A DNA stretch of 63,986 nucleotides, filler included, from Basidiobolus ranarum (Eukaryota), in assembly GCA_040143965.1 (NCBI GenBank). It is 3 parts of 3 records of this genome, joined end to end, with 100 filler letters (N's around TTAATTAATTAA, not from the genome) between each part and the next. Parts side by side here need not be neighbours in the genome. Positions count along the whole stretch, not along the records: positions 23,172 to 46,137 come from JASJQH010000175.1; 2 more parts are not named here. One strand, written 5' to 3'. Shown piece after piece: positions 28,280 through 39,437 of the stretch; within the stretch, counting starts at the first letter, position 1; the number at the start of each line of letters is the position of its first letter. Below the pieces are notes generated by a model, which worked only from the letters and a program-made list of their open reading frames with translations, had not been told where the DNA came from and ran no database searches. The translations under genes were made by a program, and so were the position numbers.

Positions 28280-29353
28280 ATGAAATTCTATCTTACTTCA
28301 CTTCTTTTAACCTCTTATGCTTCGAAGGTTCTGTCTCAAAGCAAGTCAAGTGAGGATTTGTTATACCCGGTAAACCCGGAATGGACTAGCCAGTATGATC
28401 TTTCTAATGTTCCAAATAAACCTTTACGACTCAGTGGCTCTGGATTATGTAAAAATGCTACTTGTGATGCCAGTGATTGTGATCGTTGCTACGAAAGTTG
28501 TGGTAATTGCCCTAGGAAAGAAGATATCTATGGTTGCGAAGCTGGTGAATGGGCCCTAACCTTTGATGACGGCCCATCTCCATATACCGTAGAGTTGCTA
28601 GATATCTTAGCTGCAGCTAATGTCAAAGTCACTTTTTTGATGGTTGGATCTAATGTTGTTAAATACCCTGAGATAGTCAAGAGAGCATTCGATGAAGGAC
28701 ATCAAATCTCTCAACACACCTGGTCACACCCACACTTGATGAGCATCTCTGATGAACAAATTGTGGCTGAACTTCGAGCCACAGAAGATGCTATATTCAA
28801 TATTACCGGAGCTCGTACCGCTTTTGTTCGTCCACCTTACGGTGAGGCTGACGATCGAGTCAAAGGGGTGTTTAAGGCTATGGGGTATTATAATTTACTT
28901 TGGAATATGGATACATTGGATTGGGATATCGTTGCCAAAAATCAAGATGCTGGAAAGATTATCGACTCCTTCGAGAATGCGTTAACTAAAGGCACAGGAT
29001 TAAATCCATTTAATGATCCTGGCTATATCTCTCTACAACATGATCTTTATGTTGAGACAGTGAAACGCGTTCCTAAAATCGAAGAGATTCTAGCCCAACA
29101 TAATTTTCACTTTGTCCTTGCCCATGATTGCATTAATGTTGCACCATATCAGAACACTCCTATCACAAATTCAATCCCATCAATTACCCCAATTAACCCT
29201 GAAATTGACACTCCTACTTCTGAACCCAATGAGGTGTCAGTAGCTCAAGGAAGTATACCTATTGAGGTTTCCTCCGATGCTGTCAGTGGAAGTACCATCT
29301 ACTTGAGCTTCTCTTTAGCCGCCACCGCCATTAGCATATTCTCATTACAATGA
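28280..29353 (+). CDS. Chitin deacetylase (CE4/NodB); copy 3
   Basis: All five CE4 motifs intact; Pro/Thr-rich tail and hydrophobic end. Confidence 0.95.
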   Translation: MKFYLTSLLLTSYASKVLSQSKSSEDLLYPVNPEWTSQYDLSNVPNKPLRLSGSGLCKNATCDASDCDRCYESCGNCPRKEDIYGCEAGEWALTFDDGPSPYTVELLDILAAANVKVTFLMVGSNVVKYPEIVKRAFDEGHQISQHTWSHPHLMSISDEQIVAELRATEDAIFNITGARTAFVRPPYGEADDRVKGVFKAMGYYNLLWNMDTLDWDIVAKNQDAGKIIDSFENALTKGTGLNPFNDPGYISLQHDLYVETVKRVPKIEEILAQHNFHFVLAHDCINVAPYQNTPITNSIPSITPINPEIDTPTSEPNEVSVAQGSIPIEVSSDAVSGSTIYLSFSLAATAISIFSLQ

Positions 29354-29814
29354 ATACTCCACACTTGATGCCATTCCAACGCTCTTTATAATAGATATCT
29401 TTTATGTTTCAATCAATGTAGAGACATTCCCATTCATACTGGCATCCAAGTTACAATCGTCATTTTCTTTCGGTTAAATTACCATTGGGGCGAAATAGAT
29501 GAACAATTTAAATCATAAAATCATTTTAAACGCCCATGATCGAATCCACCTTCAACCTGGAATATCTTTATCTCAAGTGATTATTAATTTGCGTTACAAA
29601 GTTAACCGTTAATTTGAAGTTCTTTCATTGGATGAAGTAGACAATACTCTTTTATATGGATAGGAAATTTCGGAAAACGTCAATCATATTTCTTAAAGAA
29701 GATACCTCGTGTGAATTGACTTGGTATGGTTCAAATTCAGTAAGTAGTGCTCCGATGTTCAGTATAAGTAGAAGTCAGTGAGTAACTTTGAAAAAAAATT
29801 ATTCATCTCTAAAC

Positions 29815-30897
29815 ATGAAGATTGTTCCATTTTTCTTAGCTGCTTGCATCTCCACAACTTTCGCTCAAGATGATGCCGTCTTGGGTAAACTTCACCCAGC
29901 TAAATCTGAATGGACGAAGCAATACGATCTCTCTAAGGTTCCAAATAAGCCATTGAGAGCTGTTGGCTCCGGAGTTTGTAAAGATACTAAATGTGGGCCT
30001 GAGGATTGTGATAAATGCTTTGAAAGTTGTGGTAACTGCCCTACGAAAGAAGACGTCTACGGTTGCGAAGCTGGTGAATGGGCATTGACCTTTGACGATG
30101 GTCCTTCAGAATTTACCACTCAGCTTCTCGATATCTTAGCTGCCGCCAAAGTCAAAGCCACCTTCTTGATGGTTGGATCCAACGTCGTCAAATACCCTGA
30201 GGTGGTCAAGAGAGCATTCGATGAAGGACATCAAATCTCTCAACACACCTGGTCACACCCACACTTGATGAGTATCTCTAACGAACAGATCGTGGCTGAG
30301 CTACGAGCTACCGAAGAGGCTATTTTTAATGTCACCGGAGCTCGTACCGCTTTCGTTCGCCCACCTTATGGTGAGGCTGATGATCGAGTCAAAGGTGTCT
30401 TTAAGGCTATGGGATATCACAATTTACTCTGGAATATGGACACGCTAGATTGGGATATTGTAGGAAAGAAGCAGAACCCAGACAAGATTCTTGATTCATT
30501 CAAGAATGCATTGACCAAAGATACCGGCTTGAACCCATTCAACAACCCTGGCTTCATCTCACTACAACATGATCTCTATGTAGAGACTGTGAAGCGTGTT
30601 CCTAAAATCGAAGAGCTTTTAGCCCAACATAACTTCCATTTTGTACTAGCTCATGACTGTATCAATGTATCACCCTATAAAAACGCCTCAAACAGCAGTA
30701 CGATCCAAACTGTATCATCTGCTGTCTCTCCAACATCTACTATCCAAGCATCTAGTAGCAGTCAAGCGGCAACTCCAAAGATTTCCACAGATACCCAAGG
30801 TACAGCTAATGTGGAGGCTGCATCTAGAGGATCAAGTATTCAATTCTCAAGTGGCTTATTCGCATTATGCTTAATCGCACTGACATCATCAGTGTAG
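29815..30897 (+). CDS. Chitin deacetylase (CE4/NodB); copy 4
   Basis: ATG 29815 (MKIVPFFLAAC); core almost identical to copy 2. Confidence 0.95.
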   Translation: MKIVPFFLAACISTTFAQDDAVLGKLHPAKSEWTKQYDLSKVPNKPLRAVGSGVCKDTKCGPEDCDKCFESCGNCPTKEDVYGCEAGEWALTFDDGPSEFTTQLLDILAAAKVKATFLMVGSNVVKYPEVVKRAFDEGHQISQHTWSHPHLMSISNEQIVAELRATEEAIFNVTGARTAFVRPPYGEADDRVKGVFKAMGYHNLLWNMDTLDWDIVGKKQNPDKILDSFKNALTKDTGLNPFNNPGFISLQHDLYVETVKRVPKIEELLAQHNFHFVLAHDCINVSPYKNASNSSTIQTVSSAVSPTSTIQASSSSQAATPKISTDTQGTANVEAASRGSSIQFSSGLFALCLIALTSSV

Positions 30898-31680
30898 AAA
30901 AGATCAGTTTATCTTTAGGATTAGACATTCGAAAGCTAAAGTATGTTAAGATGACGACAGTAATTTATTTTATATTCAATCACTCGATCAATGATTATTA
31001 AAAGATTAATGTTAAAACGAGGAAATCCCCTCTAGTCTCATTTGCTCTCACAGTTTCGTTTTAATACAGAAGATATACTTGGTGCAGGATTCTGTTTCTG
31101 CTATTTCGAATCACTGCTACTAGTTTAATTGCAAATAGGAGCTGATTTTCATATAGGTCTCCCCTTCGATCGGGTAAAATATTGTCGATCTTTGACATCT
31201 GGTATATTTTCCACATATGGCAATCAATAGAGGCGTACTTTCCGAATTATCTCCATTACCGAGATTAAATGATGGATGAACAAGCTGGTTTGCCTTGTCA
31301 AAGTAACTTGGAAAGCTCCGATTTGCATGAGCATTTAATCAAATTGAAAAAAGTGAAATGGACTCTCCCCCCTCCCTCAAAAAAGGAGTAGCAGTGCCTG
31401 ACATGATGTATGGTCAATAGTGTCCCTTTATTTACCTCTCTTCATATTGCATAAACCAATAATTCTCGGAGTACCCCTCCATTTGACTTTCATCTTTAGT
31501 TCGTGATAAAGTGAATCTATGTAAACCAAGCGTTAATATGAAATGCAAGTAATGAAAAAGTTTCTCTTGGTCCAAAATCCCCTTGATAGAACCACTGAGA
31601 ATAAAAGCAGTGAAATGTGGATGTAATTCAACATTGAATTTACATTTCTTTCTTTGCTTGTTCAAATCATTACTTTTAGA

Positions 31681-32739
31681 ATGAAATTCTTCACTATGAG
31701 ATGGACTTCTCTCTCCCTGGGATTCTCTTTGTTATCTGGAATGGTTCAAGCTCAAGAGGCCTCTTCTGGTGAACTGGCTAAAGTAAATCCAGAATGGATG
31801 AGGCAATACGATTTCTCTAAAGTTCCCAATACTGCACCCAAGAAAGTGGGTTCGGGAACTTGCGCCAATAGTCCTTGCGGTTCTGGTGACTGTGATAAAT
31901 GTTGGGAAAGTTGTGGTAATTGTGCATTACCCGATGACGTTTATGGTTGCTCAGCTGGTAAATGGGCTTTATCCTTTGATGATGGACCATCCAATTATAC
32001 AATGCAACTTCTAGATATTTTGGCAGCTGCTAAAGTCAAAGCTACTTTTCTCATGATCGGATCTCAAGTAATTCAATTTCCAGATGCTGTCAAAAGAGCT
32101 TTTAATGAAGGACATATGATCGCATCTCATTCTTGGTCCCATCCCCACTTGATGTCACTTACAAACGATCAGATTGTGGCCGAGGTAAAAACTACCGAAG
32201 ATGCGATCGTCAATATTACTGGCGTTAAACCAGCATTCATTCGACCACCGTATGGTGAAGCAGATGATCGGGTAAAGGCTATATTTAGAGCGATGGGTTA
32301 TCATAATCTTCTATGGAATATGGATACTTTGGATTGGGATATCGTGGCTAAAAAGGAGAGTCCAAGCTTGATATTAGATTCATTCCGGTCTGCTTTAGCC
32401 AATGGTACCTCATTGAACGCTCACAATGACTCCGGATTTATCTCATTACAACATGATATTTATATTGATACTGTAAAGGAAGTTCCTTCTATTGAGCAAC
32501 TGCTACTAGCACAGAACTTCAAATTCGTACTTGCTCATGAATGCATTAACGCTCCACCGTATCAGGGGAACATCACTATCACAAATACTACCTCGAATGT
32601 CAGCGCAAAAGCTACCTCCTCGGCTACAACATCAGCCACAGCCGCTGCACTACCGGTAACCTCCGAGTCTAATAGTAATGCTATTCATCGAGTTCAATTA
32701 GCCATTACTTCAATCATATTTTGTGCATTTTTATTATGA
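31681..32739 (+). CDS. Chitin deacetylase (CE4/NodB); copy 5 (more divergent)
   Basis: SFDDGP, HSWSHPH, RPPYG, DTLDW, LQHD; signal peptide and GPI-like tail; start at 31681 or 31696. Confidence 0.93.
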   Translation: MKFFTMRWTSLSLGFSLLSGMVQAQEASSGELAKVNPEWMRQYDFSKVPNTAPKKVGSGTCANSPCGSGDCDKCWESCGNCALPDDVYGCSAGKWALSFDDGPSNYTMQLLDILAAAKVKATFLMIGSQVIQFPDAVKRAFNEGHMIASHSWSHPHLMSLTNDQIVAEVKTTEDAIVNITGVKPAFIRPPYGEADDRVKAIFRAMGYHNLLWNMDTLDWDIVAKKESPSLILDSFRSALANGTSLNAHNDSGFISLQHDIYIDTVKEVPSIEQLLLAQNFKFVLAHECINAPPYQGNITITNTTSNVSAKATSSATTSATAAALPVTSESNSNAIHRVQLAITSIIFCAFLL

Positions 32740-33197
32740 GTGATTACTTGAGATTGAATCTTATTGTAACTTAATGCCATGACACCACATATCTAATAAA
32801 TTTCCATATTTCTTGGACCATCAATCACTAGTTACGTGAGAAGCAGTTAGTATGTTATCTTAGTTCAGAAGTCGCTTTAAATTTAGAATAGGAATAATGC
32901 ATAGATGATACATGGAGATGCTCTTCCATAAAGTATATCACAGATATCCCTATCTTTTGCTTGAAATATTACAAAAGAGGTAAGTAATGATTCCTATTTA
33001 TTCTCGATAATTATCGAAATTCTGAGATACAAAAGCGTTGAGATACGAAATCATTCTAGTAGTTTCGGTTTAGTGAAGTGATATTAATGAAGGGGAGAGT
33101 TTTTCTTGGATCATGGAGTGAATGGTAGATGATGTATGAGTAAAGAAAGTTCCTTATCTACGGTATCATGGTATAGTGAAATGGTGATATTGTAAAT

Positions 33198-33971
33198 TTA
33201 TGCATAAAGTCCACCATCTTGTAAACAACGTGGAACAGTCGCCACTCTGTATCCATTATCTCTAACCTTCTTGAGAATCCCTCTAACCGCTTTAACAGTG
33301 CTACCGTGGATATCATGTTGTAAGGATATGTAGTTATTACTACTGGGGGAGTTTTCACTCAAGACGTTATAGGAATCGATGGTTTTTTGAGTACTGAGGG
33401 TTTGCCAATCTAAAGTATCCAGATTCCAGTAGATCACTTTGTATCCGAGTCTTTTCAACACCGCAAGTACTCGATCATCACATTCTCCGTAAGGACAACG
33501 CATATATCTGGGTCGAACACCAATGGCCCTATGAATGGCATCAGCAGACTTTCTCATCTCTTGTTCGATACCTTCAGCACTTAATTGATTAAGATTCGCA
33601 TGGGTGTGAGTATGAGAGGCGATGTGATGTCCACGTTGGTACATATCACGTACAATGCCTGGATATCTGTCTACATCTAAAATTGAAAATTCATTAGTTG
33701 CTGAAAACTTTAACGTTATTCTCCGTATGGTGGGATAATTACTTTCTCCAATCAAAAAGAAGGTCACTCGTATGTTGCCGAGAATGTTGAGAAGTTCTTC
33801 GGTAAATTGTCCAGGTCCATCGTCGAATGTGACCGCTACCACCCCGTCAACAGAGCACTCGCTGATTTGAACACCAAGTGGAGCTGCACGTTTCCTAAGG
33901 CTGGTAGATGTAACTTGTGTAATAGCAAGGATTCCAAGAGCCAGAGTGGAGATGTTGGTAATAAAACGCAT
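33198..33971 (-). CDS. Secreted CE4 polysaccharide/chitin deacetylase without GPI tail; 66-nt intron 33677-33742
   Basis: Signal peptide plus Kex2-like RKR site, TFDDGP, HTHTH, RCPYG, DTLDW, LQHD; splicing restores GENVDRYP. Confidence 0.92.
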   Translation of the reverse strand: MRFITNISTLALGILAITQVTSTSLRKRAAPLGVQISECSVDGVVAVTFDDGPGQFTEELLNILGNIRVTFFLIGESNYPTIRRITLKFSATNEFSILDVDRYPGIVRDMYQRGHHIASHTHTHANLNQLSAEGIEQEMRKSADAIHRAIGVRPRYMRCPYGECDDRVLAVLKRLGYKVIYWNLDTLDWQTLSTQKTIDSYNVLSENSPSSNNYISLQHDIHGSTVKAVRGILKKVRDNGYRVATVPRCLQDGGLYA

Positions 33972-34649
33972 GGTAAAGGTGCTTACAACGAGAAAGAGTA
34001 ACCTGAGAAGATCAATAGAGGAACGATGACTCTGCTTATAAGATTTACAACTCTTCAGTCTATTTATACATACACTGGAAATGTACGCCAGTAAAGGTAA
34101 TTAAGGAGATTGGGTTAAGCATCACTCGCATGGACACGGGCTTGCATATTTAACAATAGCTTAAACTCTATATGCACATTTAATGTACGCTGCGATGGTT
34201 GTCCCTTAGTACACAAGCAAGTCATTTGAATACCGTCTGATTATGACTCTTCTTGGAATGATATTCATACCATATTGAAACTAGGGAAGTTTGACTACAG
34301 GTGGAAGAACAAACCTTAATCCCATTGTTACTTCATGGTATTAGCATAATATTGATTTTATTTACTCACAATAAGAACCACTAAATAGTTTTCATATCTT
34401 ACTATTGATTGTTGAATAAAGGGCACTCGGACTTCATCTTATGTGTTCATCAAATAGTCCTCACAATTGATTTCCTTCATAAATAACTGAGAAATAATGA
34501 CTGGTTCAGGCTGGAATTGACTTTGAAAAATATTCATTTATACACACGAAAAATTCGATGGCAGAAAAGCTACATGAGCCAGGAAACCATGCAGATGAAC
34601 TCACAGATATTGTCAACTACCCCCACCTCCTAGAGGAGAACTTCAGAAT

Positions 34650-37175
34650 TTAGCCATGTGAGGCCAGATCTTTTCTCCTGAAACTAGAAAACTAAAGTGG
34701 TTGATGTAAGGGTCTTCTCTACTGCTCATCATCACCATGATATGGCCTTTTAGATTGGTGTGCAGCGGCATGTACATCAACTACATCCAATGGGCGCTTA
34801 TGGTTTTTAATATACTTGTTTGGTAACGGATAATACTCCTCTGGATTGGGTTTTTCATGATATCGCGGATGTGGGAAGCCATCAAAGTTAGGAGGTGGGA
34901 CATTGTACCCATTGGGATTTCCATAAGGTGGATAGAATCTCATTAGCTGAGGTGGTGGTGGGCCTCTCCAAAGTGGTTGTGGGGGATGTCCTACATTCGG
35001 ATTCATAGATGGATAAAAAGGTGGTGGGCGGAAATGATTTGTTTGGAATCCCGGTGGACGATAGCCATAATTGGAGTAGCGTTGATTTCCAACGTCACGA
35101 TGATCGTGAGTATGAACCCTAATATGTCCACCACCATGTTCAATATTCCCGCTATGCCTCTATCAATATTACAAGATTGAGCAAGAATTCGTCGTCAAAC
35201 CATGAATTATGCAATTTGACATTTACCTGTCGAATGCCTTGATCCTCATCTCGTTTTGGATGAACACTTGACTCTTGAATAGAATTTTTAACTGTTGGAT
35301 TTGCCACGGACGAGGAGTTTGGTGAAGTTTGTTGGGTACCTTTCATAAGCTCTCTTCTGTTTCCCTCAACAGACGGTTCCGATTTTAAAGTTGCGTTCAA
35401 ATCCACTTTAGTGGCTCTCGATATAGCATAGTTCCTTACGTATGCTTCAACTTTATTTCTCAACTGTTGATTTGCGGAAAGCCCATCAGGGGTTTGATTT
35501 GGAGACTTACATGATGGACAAGTAAACTCTGAATTCAGCAACTCTTGCTGAATACCTTATGTCGAAAAAATACATGATTAATATTTTCGAAGGAATCAAT
35601 GAGAATTATGATTCACTTACAATCCTCACAGAAATCATGTTCACAACAAGGAATAGTAACCGCCTCTTTCAACAAGCCTTTACATAGGGAACAGCTTAGT
35701 TCCATTTTTACTGGAACCTGTTCATATATATCTCCAGTCGCCAAAGAATTCCGTGTTGAAGCCATAAGTTTATCCCAAGCTTGTCTACAAGCCGAAGTAA
35801 GAAATACGCATCATTGTTCTATTTTGGATTAAGAAAAAGACTTACGAATCAGGCTGGGCTACTACTAGACCACCATCTGGAGTAACCATCACACCTCCAT
35901 TAACGCTCTTGGGAGCGTCAATAGATTTAAGAAAACTTTTTGGGATTCCTGTGGTGCGCTTTATACGAGGTTTATCATACTCTTTGTCTCCATTAGTGGG
36001 ACAGTTATTTATATAGTGACCTAATAAACCGAATTCATTTAATGGAAGATATAAATCTCTTCTATGATTTCAGTATATGGATATATTTTGGTACCTTTCT
36101 GTCCGCAACGAAAGCATACATAATTGGGTGGAGGTATCTTGATTGGCATATTTGGATTATACTTGCGATTCATGGACATGACAGGAGTGGCACTAAGAGA
36201 CAAAATGGATTTAGAAATCATCTTTAAATATGCTATTAAAGCAAGTATCCTTACTCTGCCATTTTCTCTTGTTGCTGCTCCCAATGCTCGCTTGTTTGTC
36301 TAAACATAGCCTGGATTCTAGCTTCCTCAGAATCACCCTCACCGCTTGTCTCAAGCAACGGTTGTTGTGGATTGCCTGTCGCTTGCTAATTATAGGCAAA
36401 AAAAATGTAAGAAACAATGGCAAAACTCAATGGTTTATTTATACAAGACGGATTACTAATTAACTGAAATATTTCATAAAGATAACATACCGTTTTTGGT
36501 CCATAGGATAGAGCTCTAATAAAATACATAAAAAGAGCCATTAAGTTTATACCAAATGAACAGCTAGGAAGGACTAACAACTAACCCTCCACCCAGCTGA
36601 CGACCACGCCCCCGACCTTGGCCAGCATTATGACTGTGATTGCCATTTAATGGGCTTGAGCTGTTAACATAGTGCTGAGCAGTTCCCTTTCCTGGTTTAG
36701 AAGCCGGTAGCCTTCTAACTAGTACTGATGTAGCCCTAGGGATAAGGAAAGTATCGTCGGCATATTCTAGCGGGTCAACAAGCATGAGTTATTCATTTTA
36801 CTTTCAAAAACTTTAATAATCTCACGGAATATAACCAAAAAGTAAACAAAAAAGTGGCAGAAAATAGCGTAAGCAAACAACTAGACTCAGTAGTATCTTG
36901 AAAGTATACATTTAAACTAAGCCAGTAACAACATAAACCAGTCGAAAAATTCAAACGTATATTACAGAAAAAGTTCAAACTTGGAGGGATAGAAAGCTTT
37001 GTTTACCTTCGTTAGTTTGTGCGTTATAGATAGCAAGGTCAAAATCAGTTCCCTTTCCCAGTTTCTTGGCTTGAATGATTTCTTTCTTCAAATCGAATAC
37101 CGATATACCTGTTCCGTCAAAGGTGCAAACATCGTAATCTTTGGCAGATTTAAACTTATAGTATACTACAGACAT
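34650..37175 (-). CDS. MPE1: Cleavage/polyadenylation factor Mpe1/RBBP6 (DWNN ubiquitin-like, zinc knuckle, RING-like)
   Basis: MSVVYYKFKSAKDYD...FDGTGISVFDLKKEII, EYADDTFLIPRATSVLVRRLP, PPPNYVCFRCGQKG|HYINNCPT, RIKRTTGIPKSFL, CSLCKGL...PCC...C..CI...CPSC, Pro-rich tail. The stop is at 34719, or at 34650 if a last intron is used. Confidence 0.92.
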
Positions 37176-38134
37176 TGTTTAAAAAAGTGAAGGAAAAGGA
37201 AATAGTTAAGTTGGTCTATTTTAATGTTTCTTGGATATGTTTTTTTTCTTCCTTTTGTTAATTCTAAGTAACGTCTTCCCTCTCTCGAAAGTACTCTTAC
37301 TGTCTCGAAGGACAATAGAAATAGGTATAGGAGCCTTTTGCTTTTAATACAATGGAAAGTATAGAAGTGAGCAGTTTGGGAAGATAAATCGAAAAGAAAT
37401 ATTGAATGAGACGAATAAAATAAGGATTTGGTCTTAGGGATAAGAAGAGTATTGAATATTATGAAGGATGTAATAAATAAAGCAACCTCTCGGCTAGCAA
37501 TATACAACAAGCATACAAAGAGAACAAAGTTTGAGGGCACGACTGCGACTGCTGTGATAAAAATAGGATTCAGCAGTGCAAATCTTAATAAGGTAGTTAC
37601 TTTTGACCCCAAGATTGAACGTGACGTCAAGTTGATAGTAACTATGTGACTTGAGTTCTGCGTAACTCCTCAGTTTATTGGTCCATGTTATAGTTAATGC
37701 ACACAAACCAACATAAACAGCCCTATAGTCGGTTATAACCAGAAATTGTGCATCATTTCCACTTCCGTTATTCTTCGGCACCACTTGTCTATGCTCAACC
37801 ATCCGCCCAGATGTTCAAATTTACACCAGCAAATTAAATGAAGTGTAGCTTTGTATCACTGCATAGAACATCAACAGTGATCAAACAGGGTTTTAACGAA
37901 TTCATCAAGTTTCGCCAAGAACGATGAGCTTTCTTCGAAACAAGTCTAATACTTTATTACACAAATAAATATCTAACCTCTATATATTAAACTCAACAAA
38001 CATGCAGATGCACCAGATGATTAACTGTCCCTGAAAATAGGATGGTTTGAATGGAATATATACATATAAACAAACAAGGACAAAACTTTAGTAAAACCCA
38101 TGTCAAGGTTCAACAATTCAAATGAATTTTCTTA

Positions 38135-39437
38135 TTAAGCTGTGATAGGCGAGCGTAAAGGGCAGCCGCCTCCTGGGGCTCCAGATAATCGCCATTCCAG
38201 TAATTGTATTGCTACTTGATAATGCACTATTATCCCCAGTAAAATCAAAGTATGCCAGATCTGATGCGAGTGGAATAAGATATCACACTTTCCTGGAAAA
38301 AAACTGAATAATTATGAGTAAGGAGGCGCAGAAGAGTATTCCCCTTAATTATGTAACTTACCACTCAGGAAATCTCCAGGCATACACCACCACTGCAAAA
38401 ACCCAAACACAGCCCTCTATAGCAAGGAGGCCTCCCCAACTAATGCCAAGTACATTGTTAGAGGTTGCAGAGTTCATATTGGAGGGAAATCCATGCTTGA
38501 TAAGCCAATACACTACTGGCACCATGCTAACTACTCCACTACCGACATATATACCAGCACGGTACAAGCGAAACCATGGTTCAGACCAAACTGATGTTTG
38601 AGGACCTATGATTCCGGTTAAATTGACGGCAACGATGATACCAAGGAAAATGTCACGCAGAAGCGGTTGGCAATAGAAACACTATGATAAAGATTGTTAA
38701 TCAATAATTGATGGACAAGATAGAATGTAATGGGACTTTACATAGTATACGACAATACAATAGCATCCACAGATCAATGTACTAATTCCACTATAATCCC
38801 AACAACCCCATTTTATAAAGGCTCCTTTTGAGCACCCCAGGAATAAGTGAAATAGAGACGAACATATCAGACATTGAGCTGCAGTTAGCAACAGTAGAGA
38901 AAACATCCCTTTATCCACCACATCAGCTCCTCTTGGCAAGAAGACACTGAACTGGATAGGGAGAATCACTAGCATAATTATCAGAAAACCTCCAAAATGA
39001 GTCCATACATTTCCTGGAGAGAAAAGATATCAGTTACATGGATGAGATGGTCAATCAATAAACTACGAAACCAGCATACCAGTTTCATTATGGATTCGAA
39101 ACAAGCTTCCAAACGCCTCTCGATAACTGTAATATGTACGATATCTATAAAATAACCAGACATTAGAAGATCTTGATGTTAAAGCCTCTCCTGCAAAGAA
39201 TAGACCATTGAAAAATCCCTACCCAGTCCGGATGAACGGATTGTCTTGTAGATATTCAGGGATTTCTTCGAATCTATAGAGCTGGTATTTTTCGTGAGAA
39301 AGTATTTGCTTTTCTTCATGGCTAAGTCCACTACTTCCACTGGAGGATATAGCGGAATCTTCAGAGCTACTCTCCTCCATGATCCCCCTCTCTTTTCTGC
39401 GCAGCTCCTTCAACCGAACCTCACTAAGTTCTTCCAT
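38135..39437 (-). CDS. PAQR/IZH (HlyIII, adiponectin-receptor-like) membrane protein, multi-exon
   Basis: IPEYLQDNPFIRTGY, CSSLFHLF...WDYSGISTLI, YAWRFPE, FPGKCD..FHSHQIWHTLI motifs; multiple hydrophobic segments. Confidence 0.9.

Noticed and set aside
37166-37802. Overlapping 154-aa and 102-aa minus-strand ORFs upstream of MPE1
   Set aside because: Low-complexity, pyrimidine-rich 5'UTR/promoter sequence with no recognisable domain.
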